Shown here piece after piece: positions 12,201 through 26,208 of a stretch of DNA of 64,000 nt. Position 1 is the first letter of the stretch; each line of letters begins with the position of its first letter. Where the stretch lies: contig NC_068991.1 in NCBI RefSeq assembly GCF_001194135.2, positions 23,520,728 to 23,584,727 of the forward strand. Reading direction: 5' to 3'. The DNA comes from Octopus bimaculoides. Lineage: Eukaryota. A program made the position numbers and the translations under genes. Under the pieces are notes generated by a model. It saw nothing but the letters and a program-made list of their open reading frames with translations. It was not told where the DNA came from and did no database searches.

Positions 12201-15200
12201 GGACAATTGAGTTATTCTTTTAGTCTCAAACACATGTATCTATATTTTAGAGTTGAGTGTGGGGATGTTGGATGTGTGTTGTGTTTTCGTTACTGCTCTG
12301 GTTAAACCTTCTTAGACACACTACATGTGGGATGAACCAATTATGGAGCTTGTATGTGGTCATTTCATCAGATAGAAATAGCAATCAAATGTTCTTTGAA
12401 TCTCATTCTTCTATCTAAAAAAAAATGGATCCATTGGACAATGTAAACCTAGATACACAATGTCTGACAAAAACATGGAATGATCATGGCTGGTATGTGT
12501 TTGATCAAAGGTAGGTCTCTTCGATCTAGAATCATCTAGAGATAAATAGCACTAACACATAACTCCAAGAAGTCATCTTCTTAGTGAGACCAAGTACATT
12601 ATTCGAGTAATGGCAGACACCTCAAAGATTCTGCTTTGTATTCTTTTAGTTATTCATCTTACACATTCCCCTTTTTAGCGTAGCCAAATCTTCCTCAACA
12701 AATTTTCACTTCTAAATTTTTGGCTTACACAGAAATAGCAGGTGGAATATTTAAAAGGTAACCATAAAATAACCAGATATAAATAGAATAGTAGGATGTG
12801 ACAAAGTAACAAATTTTTAGTTAAATTACCTTACAAGTATATGCAGGTAATTGGAAAAATATTCAACAATTTACTGAGAGACAGAGAAAAACAATACAAA
12901 AAAAAACATCTCAACGTATCAAACTTCAAAATTGCAGAACCATGCATAACCTTTTTGTCTATGATGTACAAACCCTTAATGTTAACTTTAGTACAATAAA
13001 AAGCATACTTCAAAAACAGAAAAGCTGCTCTAAGGACTTATGTGGATGTAAAGATGAGTTATTATTTAACAACTTCATAACTGAAGAACTCAAAAATCGA
13101 TCTCATCCTTTCACTGAGATATTTCTGATGAAATTGTGGTAATAATTACTGATACTATTACTATAACTATACATGTTATATTTACTACTGTTAACATTAC
13201 TACAGCCACTTGAAAACGAGGCTTAGAAATGGTATTTAAAACATGGCTGTCTGCAGACTGGCAAGGTTCAAGACTAACACTACTACTGATGGATACTGTC
13301 CTCTCATTCTTAGAAAAGTAAAGTCTATTTACAGCCAATCTTTTTGGCCTTCTGTATCAATGAAATTGAGAATTGCTACACTACGACAGAAATATTTTAC
13401 AGATATGTTTCAATTAATTTAAAAGATAATGAAGAATTGTAAGGATTTAATTATTAACCAATCTGTCTTTATTTTTATGCCTGGTGTTTGATATCTAACT
13501 TTAAAAAATAAGATTTGTTAAATAAAGTTTTGATAGATGGTTTTAATTTAAATATTGGTTTCAAATTTTTGGCACAAGGCCAGCAAGTTTGAAGCAGCAG
13601 AGTAAGTTGATTACACCACCCTGTGCTTAACTGGTACTTATTTTATCAACCCTAAAAGGACGAATGGCAAAGTCAACATCAGCGGAATTTGAACTCAGAA
13701 CATGAAATTTCACCCAGCATGCAAACAATTCTTTCAGCTCACAGCTTTGTTTTAATTTAAATATCAACATTTTAAAATGTGAGTGTTTGCATCACCAAAC
13801 ATGAGGCAGTCTTGTGTTAGGGTAGGTAGGTTGGTTATCAAAAGGGTTAAACAGAAGAACAAAAAAAAGACTTAAAAACAAAATTTAAAAAAATAATCAC
13901 AAGGGTTTTCTCACGCTTTCTTCAGAGATACTCAAAGCAATGGCAATACTGAATTCTTCTTGACACATAAGAGATTCAAAGTATGCTGGTGCAATGAGGA
14001 TGACACAACATTTAGAACATTCCAAAGCTTTGTAGATGGATTGCTGCCAATCACTACCTGAAATGTAATAAAGAACAAATATGTATTTATTGATTACACT
14101 AGCATGATAAATAGAGACACTTGATTGACTTTTAAAGAACAGAGATATCTATTGATGGATTATAAATTCTGTTGACTTTAGGAGTTGTGCTGTTCACACA
14201 TCTTCAAAAGGCTCTCATAGGGCAGAATAAAAATAACTACGACTAGGTATTGAACCTAGGTCAGCAGCTTGGTGCACTGGGAGTTCAATGACTGTCTCTG
14301 ATACTACCATAGATATGTCAGTGAGAGAACTGCTACATGGTCACTTGATCTGTATGAAACAACAGTTAAATCTCCATCAAATCACCTTTAAACTGGAAGA
14401 CATGTTGAATAATATAATCTTAGATAACATATCTGATAAAGTGTCTAATTAACAGTCATTAAAATGCTGGATAGAACTCTCTGTAATCCAAGTTCAAATC
14501 TGTCCAAGCACAACATTACCCTTCATCCTTTCAGAGTCAATAAAAAAATTCCACTCCAAAGTAGTGGGTCAGCAGATCTGTAAGAATGTTAGACTGGGAT
14601 GCCTTATAGTAGCTGTTCTGGATCATCATCATCATCATCATTGTGGTCATCATCATCATCAGCAGCAGCAGCACCAACAACAACAACACTGTCAATGTCA
14701 TCATTGTCATCAGTAGTGTCTACTTGAGAGGGGGAAGAACTTATCCAAAGTTGTTAGACATTAATGGCGCACCATCTGTTTGAACAACTCAATATAGAGT
14801 AATTTTAAAGTTACATTCACAATTAGAATTGCAGACCTTCAGCTATAATATGGCCAACCCTTTAACCATATTTTTTCCCCAGTCAACAGGAAGGGGTGGA
14901 GCCTCATTGTCAACTTCCTGCCCTGCAGTTTACTCTTCTCTTTATCAACATCAGCTCCACATTAGACAAAACTTATTAAATCATGTTTTATGCAAGTTAC
15001 ATTTTAACTCTTTAACATTCAAACCAGCCATATCCGACCCAAATATTCTACCTGCTTTATGTTAAAACCAGTCAGATCAAGCCTCTCACACCTACCCTAT
15101 AACGTTATTCTAGAAGTAAACAGCTACATCATTGAAATCCTGAAATTATCAGATATCATCATTATCATCATCATCATTGTCGTCATCATTTAACGTCCTC

Positions 15201-18200
15201 CTTCCATGCTGGCATGGGTTGGACAGTTTGACAGGAGCTGGCCAGGCAGAAGCCTGCACAATGCTTCTGTGTCTGCTTTGGCATGGTTTTTATGGCTGGA
15301 TGCCCTTCTGAATACCAACCACTTCACAGTGTGGACTGGGTGCATTTTTAAGTGGCACCTGCACTAGTAGGGTCACCAAGTAACTTTGCAAGAAAAGGAA
15401 TCTTTGAGAGGAGATGATCTTGTGTCAGATGATGAAAGGTTAGAGTGTGACAGAGAGACAGAAATAGATGTCTTGCTGTAGAGGGGGTACATGGTTACCC
15501 AGCCAGAAAAGGGAGAGAGGAAGAGAGGGAGAGAAAGAAAGTGAGAGTTAACAAAAATGAAGGCAGAAATACATGATTAATTCAAAGCAAGTGAAGGCAC
15601 GTGGTTTAGTGGTTAGGGTATTTGGCTTACGATCATAAGGTCATCACGAGTTCAACTCCCAGTGACACGTTGTGTCCTTGAGCAAGAGTGGCTGTATGGT
15701 AAGTAGCTTGCTTACCAACCACATGGTTCCGGGTTCAGTCCCACTGCGTGGCACCTTGGGCAAGTGTCTTCTACTATAGCCTCGGGCCGACCAAAGCCTT
15801 GTGAGTGGATTTGGTAGACAGGAACTGAAAGAAGCCTGTCGTATATATGTATATATATATATATNNNNNNNNNNNNNNNNNNNNNNNNNNNNNNNNNNNN
15901 NNNNNNNNNNNNNNNNNNNNNNNNNNNNNNNNNNNNNNNNNNNNNNNNNNNNNNNNNNNNNNNNNNNNNNNNNNNNNNNNNNNNTATATGACAACTGATG
16001 CTGGTGTGTTTACGTCCCCGTAACTTAGCAGTTCGGCAAAAGAGACCGATAGAATAAGTACTAGGCTTACAAAGAATAAATCTTGGGGTCAATTTGCTCG
16101 ACTAAAGGCGGTGCTCCAGCATGGCCGCAGTCAAATGACTGAAACAAGTAAAAGAGTAAAAGAGAAGAATACACTTTATTTCACATTGCTTCAGTCCACT
16201 CACCTGGCAAAAATGAGTAGTACCTGTATTTCTGTATTTCAAAGGGCCAGCCTTGTCACACTCTGTATCACGTTGAATCTCCCTGAGAGCTACATTAAGT
16301 GTACACATGTCTGTGGAATACTCAGCCACCTGCACATTGATTTCATGAACAGGTTGTTCCATTGATCAGATCAAGTGGAACCCTCATCGTCATAAACGAC
16401 AGAGTAAGTGCCAATTCAAAGCAATATGAATGAATAAACATTAAATCTGATTGAGTATTCTGAATGCTAAAGGGTTAACCATACCTGTTTCTAATTCCAT
16501 TTTATCGTAAAATATCTTCAAGTCACTATTGTGTTCAGTCAAAATTTCATACACTATTTTCATTTCTTCTGTGTTTTTTGTAGGGTAAGACACAAAAATA
16601 TCATACGTTGTTTTCTTAGATGTTTGTGCTTGAGCAGTTGTGGGACTAAGTAATGGCGGAAGTAGCTTCTTATTGATATCCACAGAAACACTTTTAAACT
16701 TTTCTTTGATATTTTCATTTTCATTTAATCTAAAGTAAAAAAAAAAAGAAGGTAAAAAACAGCAAGTTCAAATTAAAGAAATAGCCTAGCTATAGGAAAC
16801 CCATCATATGAGGGGTAACTTTAGCAGTATACTTTTATCACCATGAGTAATATCAAGAAATATGACACACACATGCTATAATTATAATTTTACTTTAATG
16901 AAATTTCTTGGTGCTTATCCAAAAGGGTGAAATTAACACTAATTTTCAAAAGAAAAAATATTTATTACCCTAAAATAAAACTAAATAAAACAAATTTCTC
17001 ATTTGTATAATTCCTCCTGCAACTATTCTGTCATTTACTCTCTCTCTCTCTCTTTCCTCTTCCTCTTCTTCTTTTGTCTCTGTGATTTTCTCTTTTAACG
17101 TGTGTGTGTAGCATTCTTCTACTAATTACCTACCACCAAGCCTAGTATGTGAACTCGTCCTGTACCTTTTATGTTAACTCTTTCTCTCCATGATGTAAAG
17201 CATTAATGATGAAATACTAATTTTCAAAAGAAAAATATTTATTACCCTAAAATAAAACTGAATAAAACAAATTTCTCATTTGTATAATTCCTCCCATAAA
17301 TACTCTGTCATTTACTCTCTCTCTCTCTTCTCCTCCTCTTGTCTCTCTAATTTTTCTCTCTTAATGTGTATGTGCACATACATGCATATGTGTGTGTGTG
17401 TGTAGCATTCTTCTACTCATTACCTACCACCAAGCCTAGTGTGTGTACTCAGCTTGCACCTCTTATGTTAACTCTTTCTGTATCACTCCTTCACTTACTG
17501 TCCACTTTCTCTCAATGATGTAAAGCATGATTAGTAAAATCAACCACCCAACATTTATATCAGTTATTATTATACAGATATTTATAAGATAGCGAGCTGG
17601 CAGTATCATTAGCATCCAGGCAAAATGCTTAGTGGCATTTCATCCATCCTTACATTCTGAGGTCAAACTCCACCGAGATCAACTTTACCTTTCATCCTAT
17701 AGGGGTCAATAAATTAAGTACTAGTGAAACACTAGGGTTGATATAATCAACTAGTCCCTTTCCAAAAATTTCAGGCCTTTGCCTTTAGTAAAAAAAGATT
17801 ATTGTATCGATGTTTTAAATACAGAAACACAAAAACAAAAATGTGTACAAGAAGAAACTTACCGACAATCCATATATTGTATGTTACTTATAACTGGGGG
17901 TAGATTTTCCATTGTCTCAGTATACAGGGGAACCAAAATAACATCTTCAGCTTGTCGTCTATAGCAGAGAGCCATATTGAATTCATCTTGGCAGAACTTG
18001 GAACTTAAGTAGGATGTGGTTAAAATTATAACAATGCTGTTGGCAAAGAAGAATGAAGAATTTTAAATAATTCATCTCTGTGAATGATGATTTCTTTACA
18101 AGCTAACAAAGAAACCTCTAGATGGCCACTCAACTATCTAGAAATAGCAACCAAATCTCTCTCAAATCCGACTGTCCCTGGTTTTATTACACCACACAAA

Positions 18201-21200
18201 CTCTCTTTTCGAAAATGATCTAAATTTAAAAAATTCCATTAAAAGTTCATGTAATTGTGTTGAGTCAAAAGTTTTGCAATATTTGTGTAAATTTAAGGTG
18301 GCAAGCTGAGAGAATCATTAGCACACCAGGTGAAATGCTTTCCAGCATTTTGTTCATCATTACATTCTTGGTTCAAATTCCAAGATATTTGGTGATATGC
18401 TGTGCTTGCAAAGACCCATCAAGCCAAATGAAATCATAGCTGCAGCCGTTGTTGGTGTCACATAACAGACACCTCTGTCGGTGGCACATACAAAGCACCT
18501 TTTGAGCGTTGGGCCTCACAGAGGCAATGTGGCCAATACTGATGTCGTGGAACTAGCAGCCATCCTGGTGGCACATAAAAAACACCTTTCAATGGATGGG
18601 CATTATGGAGGCAATGACCTGTGGCAATATGCTATGCTTGAGAAGGAAGATCCATCAAGCTGAATGAAATTGTAGTCGTGGCAGATACTGGTTTCACATA
18701 ACTAGCAGCCATGCTGGTGGCATGTAAAAGCACCCATTACACTCTCAGAGTGGTTGGCGTTAGGAAGGGTATCCAGCCATAGAAATCATGCCAAATCAGA
18801 CTGGAATTTGGTGCATCCCCTCAGCTTACCATCCCTGGTCAAATTGTCCAACCCATGCCAGCATGGAAAACAGATGATAAATGATGATGATGATGTTGTT
18901 CACTTCTCATAAACCAATCATTCCTTAACAATGTTGAAATAGTCGTTAATGTTGCTGCTGTTGTTTAACCCCAAGTAAGCTCTGATTGAGCATGTTTATG
19001 ATCAAAGTCATTCAATCCATGACCATCCCATTCTTTTATTTGTCAGGGACTAACATTGTCTAATGTATCCTTTATTTAAAGAAGGCGAGATTTGATATGA
19101 AGGAGATTTGGCTGCAATTTCTAGCAGGTAGAATGTTCTTGTAAAGGCTCTCTCAATAACTGTCCATAGTACATAGCAGAAATGGTAACACTTTGCAGTA
19201 TTGAAGTTCATACAATTACATTTTGAGTTCTAATGCCACATGGGTTCCTTCTATTTTCTATCTTACCAGTGTCCAATGTATTAAGTAATTATGTTTATTA
19301 AACCGAACACCAAAATTTGTGGCCTTGCCTTGTGTCAGCCAAAAAATATCATTATATTAAATATATTAAAAATATCATTATATTAAATATATTAAAAATA
19401 TCATTATATTAAATATATTAAAAATATCATTATATTAAATATATTAAAAATATCATTATATTAAATGTATTAAATATAGGTGCAGGAGTGGCTGTGTGGT
19501 AAGTAGCTTGCTTATCAACCACATGGTTCCAGGTTCAGTCCCACTGCATGGCACCTTGGGCAAGTGTCTTCTACTATAGCCTCGGGCCGACCAAAGCCTT
19601 GTGAGTGGATTTGGTAGACGGAAACTGAAAGAAGCCCATCGTATATATGTGGGAGAATATACAAAAAATAACAACAGACGAGGACAGGTGGTGTAAATAA
19701 CAAAAGTATATATTAGTATGACGCTCGGGAATACGGAAAGTCTTTGACGTTTCGAGCTACGCTCTTCAACAGAAAGAATACGGAGACAAGGAGAAAAACA
19801 CGGAGAAAAAAAATTGAATAGTGTTCAGTCAACGGTCAATCATAATATATATGTATATGTATATATATATGTGTGTGTGTTTGTGTGTCTGTGTTTGTCC
19901 CCCCTATCCAACATTGCTTGACAACCGATGCTGGTGTGTTTACGTCCCTGTAACTTAGCGGTTCGGCTAAAGGCGGTGCTCCAGCATGGCCGCAGTCAAA
20001 TGACTGAAACAGGTAAAAGAGTAAAAGAGTATCTAATACTGAGAAAAATAAGAAAAATAAAATTACCACTTGCATCCAAACATACAAGAGTATACTTTTT
20101 CGGGCCAAACATCTTGGTCAACTTTTATCCTTTTATTGAAAATACTTATGTTTGGATTATTCTTTTCCAATGAAGCTTTTAACAAATTTGCCTTCTTAGA
20201 ATCTGTATTGCAGTAGGAAATATACACATCGTTCCCATGATTTTTTTTGGAAATCTGTAAAAAAAGAAAAAAGTAGTTGTAACAACAATCATTGTTTAAA
20301 GTAAGCCATCATGCTTGATACCTCCTAGACAAGTATTGGATTGGCGGATTGCATTAGCTGTGGGCTTATGATGTAAAACTGGCACTTCATCAGTTACGCT
20401 GATGAGGGTTTCTGTTGGTTGCTCCAACCAATGGAATAGCCTGCTTGTGAAATTAACATGCAAGTGGTTGAGCACTCCACAGACATGCATACCATTAATG
20501 TAGTTTTCAGAGAGGTTCAGTGTGACACAGAATGTAACAAGGCTGGCCTTTGAAATACAGGAACTACTCATTTTTGCCAGCTGAGTATACTGGAGCATCA
20601 TGAAATAAAGTTTATTGCTTAAGGACACAATGCACTGCCAGTAATCAAACTCATGACTTTATGATCATTAGCTGAATATCCCAATCACTTAGTCAGACAC
20701 TTTCACTGATGTGAAACAATGGGTGGCAATTCAACCTATATACCATTGAGAAAAGCTCCAAACTGGTGACACAGCTGAGTTTTTGTCAGGGAAATAAGTA
20801 GGAGTTATTCATTAATCTGATGATGTAAGAAGGGAGAATTCATTGCTTCAACGAAGAGTATGTAGTAGCCATTAGAGCATCATTGGTAATACACAATAGG
20901 AGGAAGGAAGGCCATGTATTAAACTGAAAATGACCTCACTAATAATAATGTCCCCATATTTACATATGCACTATGAATTGAAATGAAAAATATACATATT
21001 ATTATGTTTGTGATAATTTAAAGTTTTCACTGAGTAATATAGAAATATTGTTTCGATTAATTATATGATAATTGTTCAGAATTGTGACAGGCAAATCAAG
21101 TACAAAAAGAACACATATGGAACTGAGTGACAGGGTTCTGTGTAGTGTCTGAGGTGGTTCTGACATGGAGTCTTATATCTCAGCTTCTAGAACCTTACAA

Positions 21201-24200
21201 TTTAATGCCACCACTGCTGCCAGATGATTTTCATCTATTGCTGATATGTTTCTGTGTTTTTTAACATTATACATGTATAACAGTTGTCTTCTCAAGACTA
21301 ATACTACAGTTTATGAGGCTTTCAATGATGTATCTACTTTAAGTATGATTCAACAGTTACTATTTTGAACCAATATTGCTTCTGCCACTAATAACAAATA
21401 ATGTAAAATGTAACAAAGAGCTATATTACCTTTGAAAGGGTAGATTTTTCCCAGGTTTTCTTCAGCACTTTAAACCTCTCAAGACACTTTTTATTGGAAT
21501 TGCTAATTTCATTTATATCACTAGTGTGAAGTACAATCTTGAGGCATTTCAAAGGAAGACCAATTTTCATCCAGTTACAAGCTGACTCAACCATTGTGTT
21601 AAGAACTGGAATATAACCAAAGCCCTACAAAATTAAGACAAAAAAAAAAAGAAATAGAAATCTTTTTGTTTTGTTTCCAGCAATTAAGCACCATCTTTAG
21701 GTGAAGGCATAACTTTGTGGTGAAGAAGTTTGCTCCCAATCAAAGTTCTTTTATAACACATTCTGTGACCTCATGTGTGCATGTGCATGTGTGTGTATGT
21801 GTGTGTCTCTCTCTCTCTCTCTCTTGCTCTCTTCTGTTTTTGATTGTTTAAATTCTTCCTCTGAAGAAGGAGCTGGTTTCTAACAAAGATAGAAAGCTCC
21901 ATCTTTGGAATGTAGATAACAAAAACAATGTCACATTTTAAACCTGAGAAAAGTCTTGCATAGTTTTACTGCTCTACTTATAGATTGTATTTGTAATGCG
22001 CGAATCAGTTGGTTAATTTCTGTTTTTGAAAATCCAAGATTATCTAGATTGACAGTTAGGCATTTACTTACAAAACCAAGTGCTCGAATTATTATTCATA
22101 TAAATGTAAATTTGTAATCCAGATGTAAAATCTGGAGGTTTTGATGCAGTTGTCCATAGTTATCTTCTTTTTCTCTGATTTTCAAAGATATTAACATCAA
22201 CTGGACAGCTAACCTCTGTGACAGCACATACTTTTTCTTGTCTGTCCCAAACAACAATATCCAGCCTGTTATGTTTACACTTGACATATGATTTGATGGG
22301 AATGTTCCACCAGTATTCCTTGTGTTGATGTTTGTATACATATTCAATAACAGGGGGATACTCTTTATTTATTCCGGAACTGTCTTTTTCCCAAATGGCA
22401 TTGTATATTGGTTTTTGCAATGTCATGTCACATAGGGAGGTAGTACCTTGATGACAATTTTGGGAGCTGCTAATCACATGTGTGATGTTGTCCACAGGTT
22501 GTTGTTGGCACTCCGTCGCTTACGACGTCGAGGGTTCCAGTTGATCTGATCAACGGAACAGCCTGTTCATGAAATTAACGTGCAAGTGGCTGAGCACTCC
22601 ACAGATGTGTACCCTTAACGTAGTTCTTGGGGATATTCAGCGTGACACAGTGTGACAAGGCTGGCCCTTTGAAATACAGGCACAACAGAAACAGGAAGAA
22701 AGAGTGAGAGAAAGTTGTGGCGGAAGAGTACAGCAGGGTTCGCCACCATCCCCTGCCGGAGCCTCGTGGAGCTTTAGGTGTTTTCGCTCAATAAACACTC
22801 ACAATGCCCGATCTGGGAACCGAAACCGTGATCCTATGACCGCGAGTCCACTGCCCTAACCACTGGGCCATTGCGCCTCCAATGTCGTCCACAGAAATAT
22901 TACATAATCTACATTTACAGTTGCATCATAGAATCCAAGGGCATCACTGTCTCTTTTGTTGATTAGGTGTTTAGTAGCAATCTCCTGTTCTTGGATTGCA
23001 AATGCATAGCCTTCAAAGTGTGGTGTGATGTAGCAGTTGCGAGTCCAAGAGGGGCTTCATGTCATTGTTACTATCTTATTGAAGTCTTCAAGTAACATAC
23101 CTATGCATGGTTTTTTTTTGAGGGGGGGGATTATTGAGCGTTTCCCCCCCACCCCCAGGTCTTCTTTGAAGTATGCTAGTCCAGCTGATTTGGGGTTGTA
23201 TGGGAGCTCATCAGGAGGAGAGTACTTCCTGAAGAGTTCACTTCCAACACGTAGGATGTTTCCTTCACTTTCCAGCACTAAATTAATGTATTTATTTTGT
23301 TGCTGTTGTTTAGCAAGTGCTGTCTGAGAGAGACTGTGTGACATTCAAAGGCTATCTGCACTGATCACAAGCCTCCTACCTCCTTTATCTCTTCTTAGGC
23401 AGAGCCTGTCAATATCACTATTTTTGTGGAGATTTCCAGTTGATGTTAGAATCTTGTGGGTTTTAATGTCTATGAAGTGGATTTCTTCTACAGACCAGTC
23501 AAGTATCCCAAAAGTTGGAATCAGCACTGGTCCTGCAAATGCATTGAGGGATATTGTCTTGTAAAAAGGAGAGCTCAGAATGCCATATTTTTCTTAGTCT
23601 GGTGTAATATTCTTGGGTCACTATCTTTATTCACAGTACCTTGGTATGATATATTTTCATCAATGCCTAGGTACCTGTAGCATTCTTTGTGTGGGACAAG
23701 AGAGATAGTGAGATTATTGATATGTAGGTTTTGTGTCTGGGGGATTAACTTTCTCTGTTCAACAATCAAATAATATTTCTTCTGGCCAAATTCCACTCCT
23801 ATGTCAATTGAAAATGTTGTTATTAATTGCAGTTGATTTTTTTGGCATTGTTAACATTTTAGTATAAATCCACAAAGAAATTATGGGTTACATTAATATC
23901 TCTTGAAGTTGCAGACCCTAGCATGTAGCCATTTGTTTTTTATATCAGGAATGATAATGGTATGTATGTACGCATGCATGCACACATACATGCACACATA
24001 TATGTTTATGTGCTTATGTCACCTTGTCTTGACATGTCTAATAAATAATTGTCACTTTCATATAAGCAGTGTCATTCATTTCCGATATTCTGTAAGAATG
24101 TACGTGTGTTCAAAGCAAAATATGACCTTGCATGGAAACAGGTAAAGGTTGGTGACAGGAAGAACATCCAGCTGTAAAATAGTTGCCTAAAAAAACTCCA

Positions 24201-24413
24201 TCCAACCCATGTAAGCATGGGAAAGTGGACACTAAAATGATGATGATGCTAATATATGTGGCTGTATGGAGGTGCGGGCATGGCTGTGTGGTAAGAAGCT
24301 TGCTTCCCAACCACAGTCAGTCTAACTGTGTGACACCTTGGGCAAGTGTCTTCTACTATAGCCTCAGGCTGACCAAAGCCTTGTGAGTAGATTTGATAGA
24401 CAGAAACTGAAAG

Positions 24414-24453
<40 letters not shown>

Positions 24454-25468
24454 ATGTGTGTGTGTCTTTGTGTCTGTGTTTGTTCCTCCACCATCACTTG
24501 ACAACCAATGCTGGTGTGTTTATGTCCCAGTAACTTAGTGGTTCAGCAAAAAGGACCGATAAAATAAGTACTGGGCTTACAAAGAATAAGTCCTGGGTTC
24601 GATTTTTTCAACTAAAATCCTTTAAGGCAGCACTGCAGCATGGCCACAGTCAAATGGCTGAAGCCAGTAAAAGAATAAAAGAAAAGAATATGAAAGTGTG
24701 TGTGTGCTCTTATTTTGACATCATGTGATGACTGTAAATGTGCAGCACCATCATACAAGCAATGTTATTCATTTCCAATCTTCCATGAAAACAGGTCTTC
24801 CTCTTCATCTACCACCAACAATGAGAGTCATTAAAGCAGAACAGAGCTACCAGAAACATCTCTCATTTGTGAGCTGCATGGTCACCTTGTTAGTACTGGT
24901 GCCATGAATAAAACACCCAGTACACTCAGTAGACTGGTTACTGTTAGAAAGGACATCTAGCTATAGAAACCATTCCAAAATAGACACTTTAGCATGGTGC
25001 TGTCTTTAGACATATTGGATATTTTTGAACTGTCCAACTCATGTTAGCATGATGATGATGATGATGATAGAATTAGTTAATTAATCCAAACGTTCCATAG
25101 AGAATTATGTAAGAATACAAAACTAGAATAAAAAGATACTTACTTGGTTTCCAGTGCCAAGTAAAGGAGTTATTACTGTCGTGTCTTGAGAATTGAATAT
25201 TGGCATAAAACCTCGAAACATATCTCCGATTTGATCGTGAATACTACTTCCTAGGTTTCTGTAACATAAAACATGAAATTAATGAAGTTCAATGAAAATA
25301 GAAATATTTAAAACAATGCCAACTATGAAGGAACTCTGAAAGGATGAAAGGTAAAGTTGACCAAGTGGCATTTGAACTCAGAATCTAGACAAAATGCTTA
25401 GCAGTGTTTTGTCCAACATGCTAACAATTGTGCCAGCTTGCCACCTTAATAGTAATAATAATAATAGC

Positions 25469-25533
<65 letters not shown>

Positions 25534-26177
25534 CAACAACTACTACTATTACTATTATTATTATTAAATGTTATGATTTATATGGAAGGTGGGACATGTA
25601 GAGATTCCCATTTGGTGTACACAACAGAATGCACCAAACACAATTTGATTTATGTTGGTTGTACAACAGAACAATTAAACAAAAGATTCAACAGGCACGG
25701 ATATGATGTCAGGCAGAGTAACAGTAGTTTGACAGAACTTGCCAAACCTTTTACATCAAACAGCTGCAATTTTGAAAAAGACTTGAAAGTGCACATTCTC
25801 AGAAAATATTCTGAATCTGCTACACTTTCATTCCTCAAAATGCATGAGGAGAAATATGTTTGTGAGTTAACATTACGCCCTGTAGGGATGAACAAAACGA
25901 AAGGGGGATTTCATCATGTTTCCACAAAACTGTTTGATTAAATGTTCTTCTTTTTCTTTCTGCCAGTTGTAAACTTGAAAATTGAAGACTGATGATGTCA
26001 TTCCATCGATGTGGGAACACTAGTTGCCCTCGTTCAAATTTTGAATTTGAATTTCTATAATTTTGAATTTCTATGTATCACTTTTCATTTTGAACTTGAC
26101 AAAGACAGGCTGGCTGTCGAAATACTGTTCGACCAATAAAATATCTATTGCAGTCACATCATGCTCTTCACATTGTC

Positions 26178-26208
<31 letters not shown>

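Noticed and set aside
13111-13348. Minus-strand ORF after a plausible acceptor
   Set aside because: It is open only in phase 2, has no convincing donor, and would interrupt TIR2.
19342-19470. Regularly spaced direct repeats, superficially CRISPR-like
   Set aside because: Head-to-tail minisatellite without spacers, in eukaryotic DNA.
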